A stretch of DNA of 64,000 nt from the NCBI GenBank assembly GCA_020720625.1, contig DYOH01000001.1, positions 29,085 through 93,084 of the forward strand, written 5' to 3'. Origin of the DNA: Acetofilamentum sp. Its GTDB lineage: Bacteria; Bacteroidota; Bacteroidia; Bacteroidales; DYOH01. A program made the translations under genes and the position numbers. Under the pieces are notes generated by a model. That model was not told the DNA's origin and did not search any database. It saw only the letters and a list, made by a program, of their open reading frames with translations. Positions 20,208 to 29,775 of this stretch are shown in pieces; within the stretch, counting starts at the first letter, position 1; every line of letters starts with the position of its first letter.

Positions 20208-22660
20208 TTTCTGATATCAAAAATCTTGATGATTATAAAATAATATTTATTGTTGTTTTCCGCTGTGAGCAAATCCGGCTTAAATGTGGTTTGCAGTATA
20301 GAATTTTGGCAATCGCAGCCGTTTTTTTGCAGAAATTCATGTACCATCATCGATTTTGATTTTAGGGCATTAATTTCCTTTATTCTATCTACTTCGGCAT
20401 TAAACGAAATTGCCTCAATGCTTATGTATAAATATGGGTTTTCGTTAATTAGCTGTATTACATCAAACAATAAATTAAAATATTCCGGTGAAACGCTTGT
20501 TTGATTTACATCAATTTTCATTTCGTATTGAAAAACAAGGGTATTTGTCGATTTAGTAGAATCTGCATCAATAAGCGATTGAATTTGATTTGCACCTGTA
20601 ATATCTGTAATTCTTTGTGCACTGATGTTTTTAAATGCTTTTAAAGGTGGTGCCGTGAAAATGGTGTCTCCTTCAATTACTATGAAATGTTTTTTTGTGG
20701 CAAGGGAAGAATGATAGCTGTGCGAGTAAATTTCGGTTTTCTCGCTTTTCTCAAATAATTGATTAATGGTAGCTGTATCTGTATTAATGATGCTGTTTTC
20801 GATTAATAATAATAAATCGTTCAATTGCGATTCTGCTCCAATAGTACCATTGCTCTCTTCTGTTTCTTGATTTAATGATTGTTTTACATAGCTGTTTATG
20901 GAATCTATTTTGCCACTTACGTCATAAAACAGATTTTGCATTTCGCTTAAGTATCCTGTGATGGAATCGTTGGCCAATTTTCCTAAATCGTAGAAATTGT
21001 TTTTTACCGTAATTTCGGCTGCTTCTAATTGAGTACTGTCTGTAAATGGTTGTAAGCTTATGCTTTGAAATATTTGATAGAAATATTCCTGTTTAGGAAC
21101 TTCAATGGTAATTTTTTGCGGTTTATATCCTTCGGCTTCAAAGAGTAAATCATATACCTTTCCGGGCTCAAATATGATAAAATATTTTCCAAGTGCTTTT
21201 TGCGATGTAAAACTGTATTTTATTTTCTCCTTTGTAGATGTTTCAATTACAGATAGCTTTAGGTTTACAGGTTTTGGCGGATTGCCTGCCTGAAAAGTGC
21301 CGTTGAGTAGCGTTAGTGGAATGCTCTCATTTAGTTTTACGCTATATAAATCGTGCAGACGAATATTTCTTTTCTGATTACTTGAGTAGAATGCCAGGTT
21401 ATTGGTGGTTGATGTTGTAAATGAGCGGTTGTTACCAACAGTATTTATTGCGAATCCTATGTTTTGTGCATTTCCGGTTTTGTTTTTTACCATCGGGCTC
21501 ATAAAAATATCGAATCCGCCCATACTTTGGTACGACGATGAGCTAAAATAAAGCATCATGTTTTTGCGGTTAAAAAATGGATCAATTTCGTCGAGGGCTG
21601 TATTTATTACTTCCAGATTTACAATAGAATCCCATGTTCCGTTATGTTTTTGGTCTATTTTATATATATCATACCCTCCTTTGCCGCCGGCTCTGGAGCT
21701 GCTGAAATATATTTCTTTATTGTTTTTTCCAAAAGAAATTCTTCCGTCGCCTTTTTGTAAAAAACTATAATTAAGTGGTTGTAGCTCAATTACTTTGTCT
21801 CCACTAATTTTGCATAGATATACAGAACTTTCATTGGGTGTGTCTTTATAAATGAGCAAATTTTCCTGCTCAAAATCCATTCCTGCAATTCTAATATTTT
21901 GTACATTTTGCATAAAACTATTCGGAAACTCCAGAATTTTAGATTTTGTCCAGATTCCAAATTCATTCCTGCTCAGCATTATTTGGTTTCGGTTTTTCTT
22001 TAGGGAATCTTTTTCGAAATATAGAATAGTGCCATCAAAATTTACTACAACATTAATTTCGTCGTGGGCTTCGTTATTTATATTGCCTCTTAGACCACTT
22101 ATTTCCGAGTATATTGTATCTTTTATTATTGACTGAGCATTTAAGGATGCATTTATCATCATTTTTGTATAGCCATAGAACTCGTCTTTGTTGCTAACCT
22201 TTTCAAGGTATTTATTAAAGTAATATATTGCTTTAGCAAATTGATAATCTAAATAATATAGCCTGCCTAAATCTTTATATATAATGGTAGGAGTATTGGA
22301 ATATCCCGACTCCAGAACGTATTCAATATAGGGTAGGGCGGTTTGCGGATCGCCATTTTTTTCGAGATGACATACAGCAATCAGATACTTTACATAAACT
22401 TGCTCTATATTAATAAATTGAGAATCAATAAAGAACTGAAAGTTTTCGGAATTTTTCAAAAATTGAGGGGCTTTTAAAGAATCGAGTTCATATAAAATAG
22501 CCAAAGCTTTATCATAGTTTTCTTCGTAAATATAGTCAAGGCTTCTGTAAAAGTTTTTTTCATAAAGCTTTTTGTCAACCTGTTGAGCGTTTAAAAGCGT
22601 TTGGGTAAACAAAAATAGTAATAAAGTAAGCAGCTGAAAAAGATTTTTATTTGGTCCCAT
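20204..22660 (-). CDS. Exported TPR + PD40 beta-propeller + beta-sandwich protein with degenerate OmpA-like C-terminus (PorE-like architecture)
   Basis: Signal peptide, TPR-like helices, IYFSSSRAGGKGGYDIY and LYFSS...GGFDIF PD40 repeats; C-terminal segment resembles OmpA but lacks GHTD/NRR. Confidence 0.75.
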   Translation of the reverse strand: MGPNKNLFQLLTLLLFLFTQTLLNAQQVDKKLYEKNFYRSLDYIYEENYDKALAILYELDSLKAPQFLKNSENFQFFIDSQFINIEQVYVKYLIAVCHLEKNGDPQTALPYIEYVLESGYSNTPTIIYKDLGRLYYLDYQFAKAIYYFNKYLEKVSNKDEFYGYTKMMINASLNAQSIIKDTIYSEISGLRGNINNEAHDEINVVVNFDGTILYFEKDSLKKNRNQIMLSRNEFGIWTKSKILEFPNSFMQNVQNIRIAGMDFEQENLLIYKDTPNESSVYLCKISGDKVIELQPLNYSFLQKGDGRISFGKNNKEIYFSSSRAGGKGGYDIYKIDQKHNGTWDSIVNLEVINTALDEIDPFFNRKNMMLYFSSSSYQSMGGFDIFMSPMVKNKTGNAQNIGFAINTVGNNRSFTTSTTNNLAFYSSNQKRNIRLHDLYSVKLNESIPLTLLNGTFQAGNPPKPVNLKLSVIETSTKEKIKYSFTSQKALGKYFIIFEPGKVYDLLFEAEGYKPQKITIEVPKQEYFYQIFQSISLQPFTDSTQLEAAEITVKNNFYDLGKLANDSITGYLSEMQNLFYDVSGKIDSINSYVKQSLNQETEESNGTIGAESQLNDLLLLIENSIINTDTATINQLFEKSEKTEIYSHSYHSSLATKKHFIVIEGDTIFTAPPLKAFKNISAQRITDITGANQIQSLIDADSTKSTNTLVFQYEMKIDVNQTSVSPEYFNLLFDVIQLINENPYLYISIEAISFNAEVDRIKEINALKSKSMMVHEFLQKNGCDCQNSILQTTFKPDLLTAENNNKYYFIIIKIFDIRK

Positions 22661-22662
22661 TT

Positions 22663-23745
22663 TTATTTTTTAGAATCTTCTTGTTTTAAGTTGGTTTTTA
22701 GAATTGTACTAATGATATTGTCGAAAAGTTTAAAAATAAACTCTACACTGTAACCTGCTAGAAATGCCACTGCCAGAGGCGATAAATTGGCGATAAAACT
22801 TTGGCTTAATTCAGAGCGATCACCCCAGAATAATCCTACCATTAATCCCAGTAGTGCTCCCAAATTAATTCGTAAAGTATAATTTATGCGTGATTCATGT
22901 GAGAATAGCATTTTTTCGATTTCGGTTGTAAGATTTCTGAGCACAAAAGCAAATCCGCCCAATAACCCATATAGCAAAGGTAGAATATAAATATTGAGAA
23001 TAAGGTTTGTATTGTTGGCCGATTGAAGCACATCCACCCGTTCCATATATGCTGGGTTTTGCCCAGGCATCATCATCATGTCGCCGGAGGCAATACCTCC
23101 TTGTTCTATTTGTGTTTCTGGAGTGTCTTTTCTAAATCTGAGAAATTCAAGATTATGCAAGGATTCCAATAATTTGATGCTACTATTTTTTTCGTTTTCG
23201 AGTTCTTCAAATTCGCTTTGCAGGATTCCAATTTGCAAACTTGTTCTTTTATTGGTCGATTTATCTATCAGGTTAAGATCGGAAACCTGAACCTCTATTT
23301 CCTTCATTCGAATGCTGGCTTTTTCAATGCTTTTGAGCAAAGTGGTGCCAATTACACTATAAATTTGCAAAATAAGCATTACAGCCATTGATAACAAGGC
23401 AAATGTTGTATAGAGTTTTACTGCGGAATGGGCAAGTGCAGGTTTAATTTTTTGTTTTATGAGTTTTTGCCATAGCGTAGGTGAGTTTATTGGTTGTTCG
23501 ATGGTTGCTAAAAGGCTGTTGATGGTAACTGGATGAATCAATTTTACCATTTTTTGATAAGTATGCCAGAATTTAGCTTCCTCTTCGGGAGTCCATTTGT
23601 TTTCGCTGTTCAATTGTTTGGCTTTGGTCAGGATATTAATCTGATCTTCACTAATATCAATACCATGTTCTGCAATGTAGGAGAGTAAAAGCTGGGAATG
23701 TTGCACTGCTTCGCTTAAAAGCTGATTATTCACTGTGTTTGCCAT
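22663..23745 (-). CDS. Uncharacterised membrane protein (TM, coiled coil, three TM helices)
   Basis: Hydrophobic segments YILPLLYGLLGG..FVLR, RINLGALLGL, LAVAFLAGYSVE; ATG at 23745 preferred over 23772. Confidence 0.8.
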   Translation of the reverse strand: MANTVNNQLLSEAVQHSQLLLSYIAEHGIDISEDQINILTKAKQLNSENKWTPEEEAKFWHTYQKMVKLIHPVTINSLLATIEQPINSPTLWQKLIKQKIKPALAHSAVKLYTTFALLSMAVMLILQIYSVIGTTLLKSIEKASIRMKEIEVQVSDLNLIDKSTNKRTSLQIGILQSEFEELENEKNSSIKLLESLHNLEFLRFRKDTPETQIEQGGIASGDMMMMPGQNPAYMERVDVLQSANNTNLILNIYILPLLYGLLGGFAFVLRNLTTEIEKMLFSHESRINYTLRINLGALLGLMVGLFWGDRSELSQSFIANLSPLAVAFLAGYSVEFIFKLFDNIISTILKTNLKQEDSKK

Positions 23746-23829
23746 CGGCCTTTGATTAAATAAAACAATCACTACCCAGATGCACTAAGTAGCGTTGATA
23801 AGATATAATTTTTTTTGCGAATTTAAGCA

Positions 23830-24282
23830 TTATTTTATGAGAATTTGAAATTTTTTCAGCTCATTAAATTCTACCAAGCCATTATCTTCGTATGATATTA
23901 CTTGTACTTCCCACCATCCGGGTTTTAAATCGCTAATTTTGGATTCTATAGAAACATAATATTTTCCATCCCTAATAGTTGATTTTGCAATCCCTTTTAT
24001 GCTTTGAACAAAAAATCTTTTGGTGCTGGCATACCTGTACCATTGAAACTCAAATTCGGGCAATTTATTTTGATTAAATTGACTAAAATCGTTTTTTTCA
24101 AAGAAAAGCACTAAGGCAAGGGTATCTGGTTTTGCAATACCATTTCTGAAGGCTGTTGGTAAAAATATGTTTTGATCGTCGGCTTTCCATACTACGTGCG
24201 CGGGTTTTAACAAACTGGATGGTTGCGCTGCCGTTACCAGATAGCATACTAAAATACTGAATACTAATATAATCTTTTTCAT
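23830..24282 (-). CDS. Exported hypothetical protein, Ig-like beta-rich
   Basis: 150 aa, signal peptide, PGWWEVQVI strand motif. Confidence 0.75.
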   Translation of the reverse strand: MKKIILVFSILVCYLVTAAQPSSLLKPAHVVWKADDQNIFLPTAFRNGIAKPDTLALVLFFEKNDFSQFNQNKLPEFEFQWYRYASTKRFFVQSIKGIAKSTIRDGKYYVSIESKISDLKPGWWEVQVISYEDNGLVEFNELKKFQILIK

Positions 24283-24449
24283 GTGGCAATTTTTTTTCGT
24301 TTAATGCAATAGTATCTTATAAATTAAGCCGTTTACAAAAAAATATTTTTTTTATAGAATACGCTGACCCGTTTTGTAAAAAGTACTCTTGCGGATAATT
24401 TTTTGGTTTATCTTTATATTTAAATTTGCAAAATTCGTACCATATCACA

Positions 24450-25976
24450 TTATTCCCATTCAATTGTAGCCGGAGGCTTTGAACTGATGTCGTAAACTAC
24501 TCTGTTTACACCTTTTACCCTATTTATAATTTGGTTCGAAATCCGGGCTAAAAACTCGTATGGTAAATGCGACCAATCTGCAGTCATTCCATCAGTAGAG
24601 TCCACGGCCCTGAGTGCCACAACTTTTTCGTAGGTTCTTTCATCGCCCATTACGCCAACAGATTGTATGGGGAGCAGAATAGCCCCAGCCTGCCATACTT
24701 TGTCGTACAAATTTTCGTCTTTTAGTCCTTGAATGTATATTGCATCAACTTCTTGTAGTAGTTGCACTTTTTCTGGGGTAATATCACCCAGTATTCTTAT
24801 GGCCAATCCGGGTCCCGGAAACGGATGTCTATTTATCAGATTTAGTGGTATTCCAAGTTTTGCCCCAACGCGGCGCACTTCGTCTTTAAACAAAAGGCGT
24901 AAAGGTTCAACAATTTTTAGTTTCATATACTCAGGTAATCCTCCCACATTGTGGTGCGATTTTATGGTTGCCGATGGCCCTTTTACCGAAACAGATTCAA
25001 TTACATCGGGGTAAATAGTACCCTGTGCGAGCCATTTGGCATTTTCAATTTTATGCGATTCGGTATCAAAAACATCTATGAATGTTTTGCCAATGGCTTT
25101 TCTTTTTTCTTCCGGATTGGTAATATTGGCAAGCGCATTGTAAAATAAATCCTTTGCATCAACTCCAATCACATTTAGCCCCATGCCTTTGTATGATTCC
25201 AAAACTTCGGGATATTCATTTTTTCGGAGCAATCCGTTGTCAACAAAAATACAGGTAAGATTTTCACCAATGGCTTTTTGCAGCAAAACTGCGGCCACCG
25301 AACTGTCTACACCGCCCGAAAGGCCAAGTATCACTTTTTCGTTTCCAATTTTGTTTTGAAGCTCGGCAATTGTAGATTCTATGAAAGAAGCAGGTGTCCA
25401 GTCGGGTTTGCATTGGCAAATATTGAGCACATAGTTCTCTAGCATTTTTTTTCCTTCGTTTGTATGATATACCTCAGGATGAAACTGAATGCCATAGGTA
25501 GATTCGCCTTTTATTTTGTAAGCACCAATTTTTACATCTTTTGTGCTTGCAATTATCTCATAGTTATCTGGTATTTTAGCTATTGTATCTCCATGCGACA
25601 TCCAAACCTGTGTGTTTAACTGAACCGAGTGAAACAATTCGTTCGACTGATCTACAAATTCAAGGTTTGCCCTTCCGTATTCGCGATGCGCCGAAGGTAG
25701 CACTTCGCCACCAAAATGATGCGCCAAATGTTGTGCACCATAACAAATACCCAAAAGTGGTTTCACTTTTTTGATATTTGATAAATCGGGCATTGGGGCT
25801 TCTTTATCGCGCACCGAGAAAGGACTCCCCGATAATATTACGCCTTTTGTAAATTCATCAACCTGAAAATGATTATAGGGTTGTATTTCACAGTAAACAT
25901 TTAGTTCTCTGATTTTTCGAGCAATAAGTTGCGTATATTGCGAACCAAAGTCGAGAATTAGAATTTTATCGTGCAT
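24450..25976 (-). CDS. guaA: GMP synthase (glutamine-hydrolysing)
   Basis: [39 protein letters not shown]. Confidence 0.99.
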   Translation of the reverse strand: MHDKILILDFGSQYTQLIARKIRELNVYCEIQPYNHFQVDEFTKGVILSGSPFSVRDKEAPMPDLSNIKKVKPLLGICYGAQHLAHHFGGEVLPSAHREYGRANLEFVDQSNELFHSVQLNTQVWMSHGDTIAKIPDNYEIIASTKDVKIGAYKIKGESTYGIQFHPEVYHTNEGKKMLENYVLNICQCKPDWTPASFIESTIAELQNKIGNEKVILGLSGGVDSSVAAVLLQKAIGENLTCIFVDNGLLRKNEYPEVLESYKGMGLNVIGVDAKDLFYNALANITNPEEKRKAIGKTFIDVFDTESHKIENAKWLAQGTIYPDVIESVSVKGPSATIKSHHNVGGLPEYMKLKIVEPLRLLFKDEVRRVGAKLGIPLNLINRHPFPGPGLAIRILGDITPEKVQLLQEVDAIYIQGLKDENLYDKVWQAGAILLPIQSVGVMGDERTYEKVVALRAVDSTDGMTADWSHLPYEFLARISNQIINRVKGVNRVVYDISSKPPATIEWE

Positions 25977-25977
25977 T

Positions 25978-26589
25978 TTATTTTATATCAATTTTTAAAC
26001 ATTCCATTCCTTCTATCTTAGCAAGCAGGCCATCTCCAATGGCAATGGGACCAACACCGGCAGGTGTTCCTGTAAAGATTAAATCACCAATTTTTAGAGT
26101 GTAAAATTTTGATAAATAGCTGATTAAATAGTCAATATCAAAAATCATATCGCCTGTGTTTCCTTTCTGAACATTTTTGCCATTAATATCAAGACTAAAA
26201 TGAATATTTTTTATATCAGGAAATTTATTTTTTGGAAAAAAATCGCCGATAGGTGCCGAATAATCAAAAGCTTTGGCTATTTCCCAAGGCAAACCTTTCT
26301 TTTTTGCTTCGTTTTGCAAATCTCTGGCGGTAAAATCTATACCAATACCTATTTCGTTGTAATATCTGTGGGCAAACTGCGGTTCAATATTTTTTCCAAT
26401 CCGATTAATTTTTATTACAATCTCGGTTTCGTAATGTATATCTTTCGAAAAATCGGGGTAAAAGAAAGTTGCACCATTTCTCAAAATTGCATTTTCGGCT
26501 TTAGCAAAAAACACGGGAGCTTCCGGAACGGGATTATTTAATTCTTTGGCATGATCTATATAATTTCGGCCAATACATAAAATTTTCAT
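25978..26589 (-). CDS. Fumarylacetoacetate hydrolase family protein
   Basis: [31 protein letters not shown]. Confidence 0.95.
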   Translation of the reverse strand: MKILCIGRNYIDHAKELNNPVPEAPVFFAKAENAILRNGATFFYPDFSKDIHYETEIVIKINRIGKNIEPQFAHRYYNEIGIGIDFTARDLQNEAKKKGLPWEIAKAFDYSAPIGDFFPKNKFPDIKNIHFSLDINGKNVQKGNTGDMIFDIDYLISYLSKFYTLKIGDLIFTGTPAGVGPIAIGDGLLAKIEGMECLKIDIK

Positions 26590-26596
26590 ATAATTA

Positions 26597-27373
26597 TTAT
26601 TTTACATTTCCAAAACCTGATCTTAATTTAATGGCGGTAAGCACTTTTTTTGTGTAAAGTGGAAAATCGCTATTCATCATCCATGCATAATAGCCTGGTT
26701 CCTGATTAAATACGTCTGTAACTTTTTTACCCTTGTGTTTTCCAAAATTAAATAATTCTTCGTCGTCGTTGCCATAAATAATTCGTCCGGCAAAATCAAC
26801 ATATTTCGATTGTGTGGTAAAAGTGGCCAATTTATCTACTTTTGTGGGTAAATCCTCGTACATATCTAATTGAGATTGAAGAATTTCCCAGGTAGCACGT
26901 ATATCGGCTTCTGCTGAGTGCGCATTTTCAAGTGGTTTTTTGCAATAAAACTCATAAGCAGCTGCAAGTGTTCTCTGTTCTTTCTTAAAAAAGATTACCT
27001 GCACATCTATGAATTTGCTTTTTTTAATATCATAATCTGTTTCTGCTCTAAGTAACTCTTCTGCGAGTAGCGGTATATCAAACTTATTCGAATTGTATCC
27101 GCCAATATCTGATGCTTTAAAAATATCTACAATTTCGGTGGCAATTTCCTTAAATGTGGGTTTATTGGCCACATCTTTATCTGTAAAGCCGTGTATTTTG
27201 GAAGCTTGCGGGTTAATTGGCATTTCCGGATTTATTACCCATGTTTTGGTAAATTCTTTTCCATCGGGAAAAATTTTTAAAATCGAAATTTCAACTATTC
27301 TGTCTTTGGCAACATCTAATCCTGTGGTTTCTAAATCGAAGAAGACAATTGGTTTTGTAAGTTCAAGCTTCAT
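26597..27373 (-). CDS. DEDDh 3'-5' exonuclease (DnaQ-like, Bacteroidota type)
   Basis: FFDLETTG, GYNSNKFD, AHSAEAD, C-terminal FNFGKHKG. Confidence 0.93.
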   Translation of the reverse strand: MKLELTKPIVFFDLETTGLDVAKDRIVEISILKIFPDGKEFTKTWVINPEMPINPQASKIHGFTDKDVANKPTFKEIATEIVDIFKASDIGGYNSNKFDIPLLAEELLRAETDYDIKKSKFIDVQVIFFKKEQRTLAAAYEFYCKKPLENAHSAEADIRATWEILQSQLDMYEDLPTKVDKLATFTTQSKYVDFAGRIIYGNDDEELFNFGKHKGKKVTDVFNQEPGYYAWMMNSDFPLYTKKVLTAIKLRSGFGNVK

Positions 27374-27404
27374 TTATGTTTATTTTTTGATATTGATATG
27401 GATG

Positions 27405-27412
27405 CAAAGTTA
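27405..27412 (-). promoter_or_regulatory. Bacteroidota housekeeping -7 promoter element
   Basis: TAACTTTG on the minus strand, about 30 nt upstream of the exonuclease-FAH-guaA run. Confidence 0.55.
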
Positions 27413-27452
27413 TCTTTTTTTTTAGAATTTTTTAGCTTGAGATGGATTTGGC

Positions 27453-27488
27453 AAAAAAAAAGAGAAACAAATTCTTGTTTCTCTTTTT
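27453..27488 (-). terminator. Intrinsic terminator after the head-GIN gene
   Basis: AAAAAGAGAAACAA-attc-TTGTTTCTCTTTTT hairpin with a 9-T run on the minus strand. Confidence 0.75.
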
Positions 27489-27517
27489 GTAAACTGTTTC
27501 CTTTTCTGATGTTTGTT

Positions 27518-28207
27518 CTATTCTCCGTTTTCTAAAACACCCAATAAGGATATATCAGAATGAATATTTGTAGGATTTCCGTAGTAGGTTACAATTCCAA
27601 TGCCGCTAATATTGGCCGACAAACTCTCGTTAGCGTATACTTTTGCATTTCCGGCACCTGATAAATCGATTTCAAACTTTTTGGTAATAAAGTCTTTCGC
27701 ATCTAATGCACCAGCTCCTGAGATTGATACACTTGCTTTTTGTGCATTTCCGCTCAAATCTACTTTGCTGGCTCCGCTTAAATCCATTGTAAAATCCTGA
27801 CAGTTTACATCCCACTCCATACTCGATGCTCCATTTACTTCTATGTTTATTGCTGATAGATTCCAGGTGTTTTCGCACTCCAAATCCACGGCTCCGTTTA
27901 TTTCTATTTCTTCTAATACTGGACTTGAAATCCAGATTTCAATTTCGTTGTTGATGCTAATATGTTCATTTTCTTTGAATTTGATAATAAGCTTATTCCC
28001 ATTTTTGCTTACCTCTATAAATTCAAAATCTTCTTCATCTGCTTCAATTTTAAGAGCATAGTTGGCTCCCTGGGTGAGCTTTACCGAGTAAGCACCATTT
28101 ATCTCAAGGTTTGTAAACGCTGAAACAGTGTAATTTTTCGTCTTTTGTGCAAATAATATTGGCGCTCCGGCAAACATTATTACTAATAGAATAAAATATT
28201 TTCTCAT
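27518..28207 (-). CDS. Head GIN domain (DUF2807) exported beta-helix protein
   Basis: Signal peptide, repeated NGA/SGA turns, SGIGIVTYYGNP. Confidence 0.9.
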   Translation of the reverse strand: MRKYFILLVIMFAGAPILFAQKTKNYTVSAFTNLEINGAYSVKLTQGANYALKIEADEEDFEFIEVSKNGNKLIIKFKENEHISINNEIEIWISSPVLEEIEINGAVDLECENTWNLSAINIEVNGASSMEWDVNCQDFTMDLSGASKVDLSGNAQKASVSISGAGALDAKDFITKKFEIDLSGAGNAKVYANESLSANISGIGIVTYYGNPTNIHSDISLLGVLENGE

Positions 28208-28231
28208 GGCTTTGTAATTTTATCTTAATAT

Positions 28232-28247
28232 ATCATTTTTTGTGCCA
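28232..28247 (-). promoter_or_regulatory. Sigma-54 (-24/-12) promoter of the head-GIN gene
   Basis: TGGCACAAAAAATGAT on the minus strand: GG and GA at canonical spacing, 24 nt before the ATG, divergent from a sigma-54 activator. Confidence 0.65.
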
Positions 28248-28324
28248 ATACATTTAAGTAATTGTTTTATAATTATTTAAATAATTATTTAAACGAGGTT
28301 TTTTGACCAAAAAATGAACAAAAG

Positions 28325-28340
28325 TGTTCAAAAGTGGACA
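28325..28340. promoter_or_regulatory. Candidate enhancer (UAS) for the sigma-54 activator
   Basis: Palindrome TGTTCA-AAAG-TGGACA with a weaker neighbour (TGACCA-N5-TGAACA, 28304-28320), about 60-90 bp upstream of the -24 element. Confidence 0.55.
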
Positions 28341-28395
28341 TAATAGGATGAAAAGTCAGAAAAGTTTACTATTTTTAAAACAAAATTATTACACT

Positions 28396-29775
28396 ATGCC
28401 TAAGAAGAAAATTGGTAAAATTTTGGCTGTCGATGATAATACCGATATTTTGTTTGCATTAAAATTGTTGCTCAAAACAGAAGTCGAACTTATAGATACA
28501 CTCGACGATCCTAATCGATTGGTTTCTAAACTTCAGGAAGATGAATATGACGTAATACTCCTGGATATGAATTTTACAAAGGATGCTTCGAGTGGACAAG
28601 AAGGCTTTTATTGGTTAAATAAAATATTAGAGTTTGATCCGGCGGCAATTGTAATTTTTATTACTGCATATTCTGATGTAAATAATGCAGTTAAGGCTAT
28701 AAAAGATGGTGCATCCGATTTTATTATCAAACCGTGGCAAAACGAAAAACTTATTGCTACTATTATGTCGGGTATTAAACTTCGACGTTCGCGCATCGAA
28801 ATAAATTCGCTAAAGCAAAAGCAGTCGAGTTTAAATACAATAATAAATCAGCCATTTGAAGATTTTTTGGGTGTATCTCCTTCAATGCAAAAAGTTTTTG
28901 AAACAATTAAAAAAGTAGCAAAAACAGATGCCTCAGTTCTAATTCTTGGAGAAAATGGTACAGGTAAGGAGCTTGTTGCTAGGGCATTGCATACAGAATC
29001 TATTCGTTACAACGAAATTTTTGTGAATGTGGATTTAGGTGCCATTACCGAAACTTTGTTCGAAAGCGAACTATTCGGACATATTAAGGGCGCATTTACC
29101 GATGCCCGTAATGAGCGCATCGGACGTTTTGAATTGGCATCCGGCGGTACAATTTTTTTAGATGAGATCGCCAATATTAGTTTACCTGCTCAGGCTAAGT
29201 TACTTACAGTATTAGAGCGTAGAGAAATTGTTCGAGTTGGCTCAAACAAACCGGTTCCTATTGATATTAGGCTAATTAGTGCTACTAACGGAAATTTGCC
29301 TGAAATGATTTCTTCGCAGGCTTTTAGAGAAGATTTATTGTATAGATTAAACACTGTAGAAATTCATTTGCCTCCGCTTAGAGAGCGAATGGACGATATT
29401 GCATTGTTGGCAAACCATTATTTATCCAAATTTGCCAAAAAATATAATAAGCGCATAAGAGAACTTAGTGCTCCAACAATCAAACATTTGCAATCTTATA
29501 GCTGGCCAGGAAATGTGCGCGAATTGAGACACACCATTGAGAGGGCAGTTATTTTGGCTGAATCGTCGGTGTTGCAACCATCAGATTTTCAGTTAAACTA
29601 TGAGAAAAAGGCGGTAGACGAACTTGAATTGGAAAACTACGATTTAGATCATGTGGAAAAAACCATCATCGAAAAAGTGCTCAAAAAGCATGGCGGAAAT
29701 ATTTCCTTGGCAGCTAAAGAATTAGGTCTTACACGTACATCTCTTTACCGTAGACTAGAAAAGCATGGCCTTTAA
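28396..29775 (+). CDS. Sigma-54-dependent response regulator (REC-AAA+-Fis HTH)
   Basis: LLDMNF receiver, GENGTGKE, ESELFGH..GAFTDA, WPGNVREL, C-terminal HTH; ATG at 28396 preferred. Confidence 0.96.
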   Translation: MPKKKIGKILAVDDNTDILFALKLLLKTEVELIDTLDDPNRLVSKLQEDEYDVILLDMNFTKDASSGQEGFYWLNKILEFDPAAIVIFITAYSDVNNAVKAIKDGASDFIIKPWQNEKLIATIMSGIKLRRSRIEINSLKQKQSSLNTIINQPFEDFLGVSPSMQKVFETIKKVAKTDASVLILGENGTGKELVARALHTESIRYNEIFVNVDLGAITETLFESELFGHIKGAFTDARNERIGRFELASGGTIFLDEIANISLPAQAKLLTVLERREIVRVGSNKPVPIDIRLISATNGNLPEMISSQAFREDLLYRLNTVEIHLPPLRERMDDIALLANHYLSKFAKKYNKRIRELSAPTIKHLQSYSWPGNVRELRHTIERAVILAESSVLQPSDFQLNYEKKAVDELELENYDLDHVEKTIIEKVLKKHGGNISLAAKELGLTRTSLYRRLEKHGL

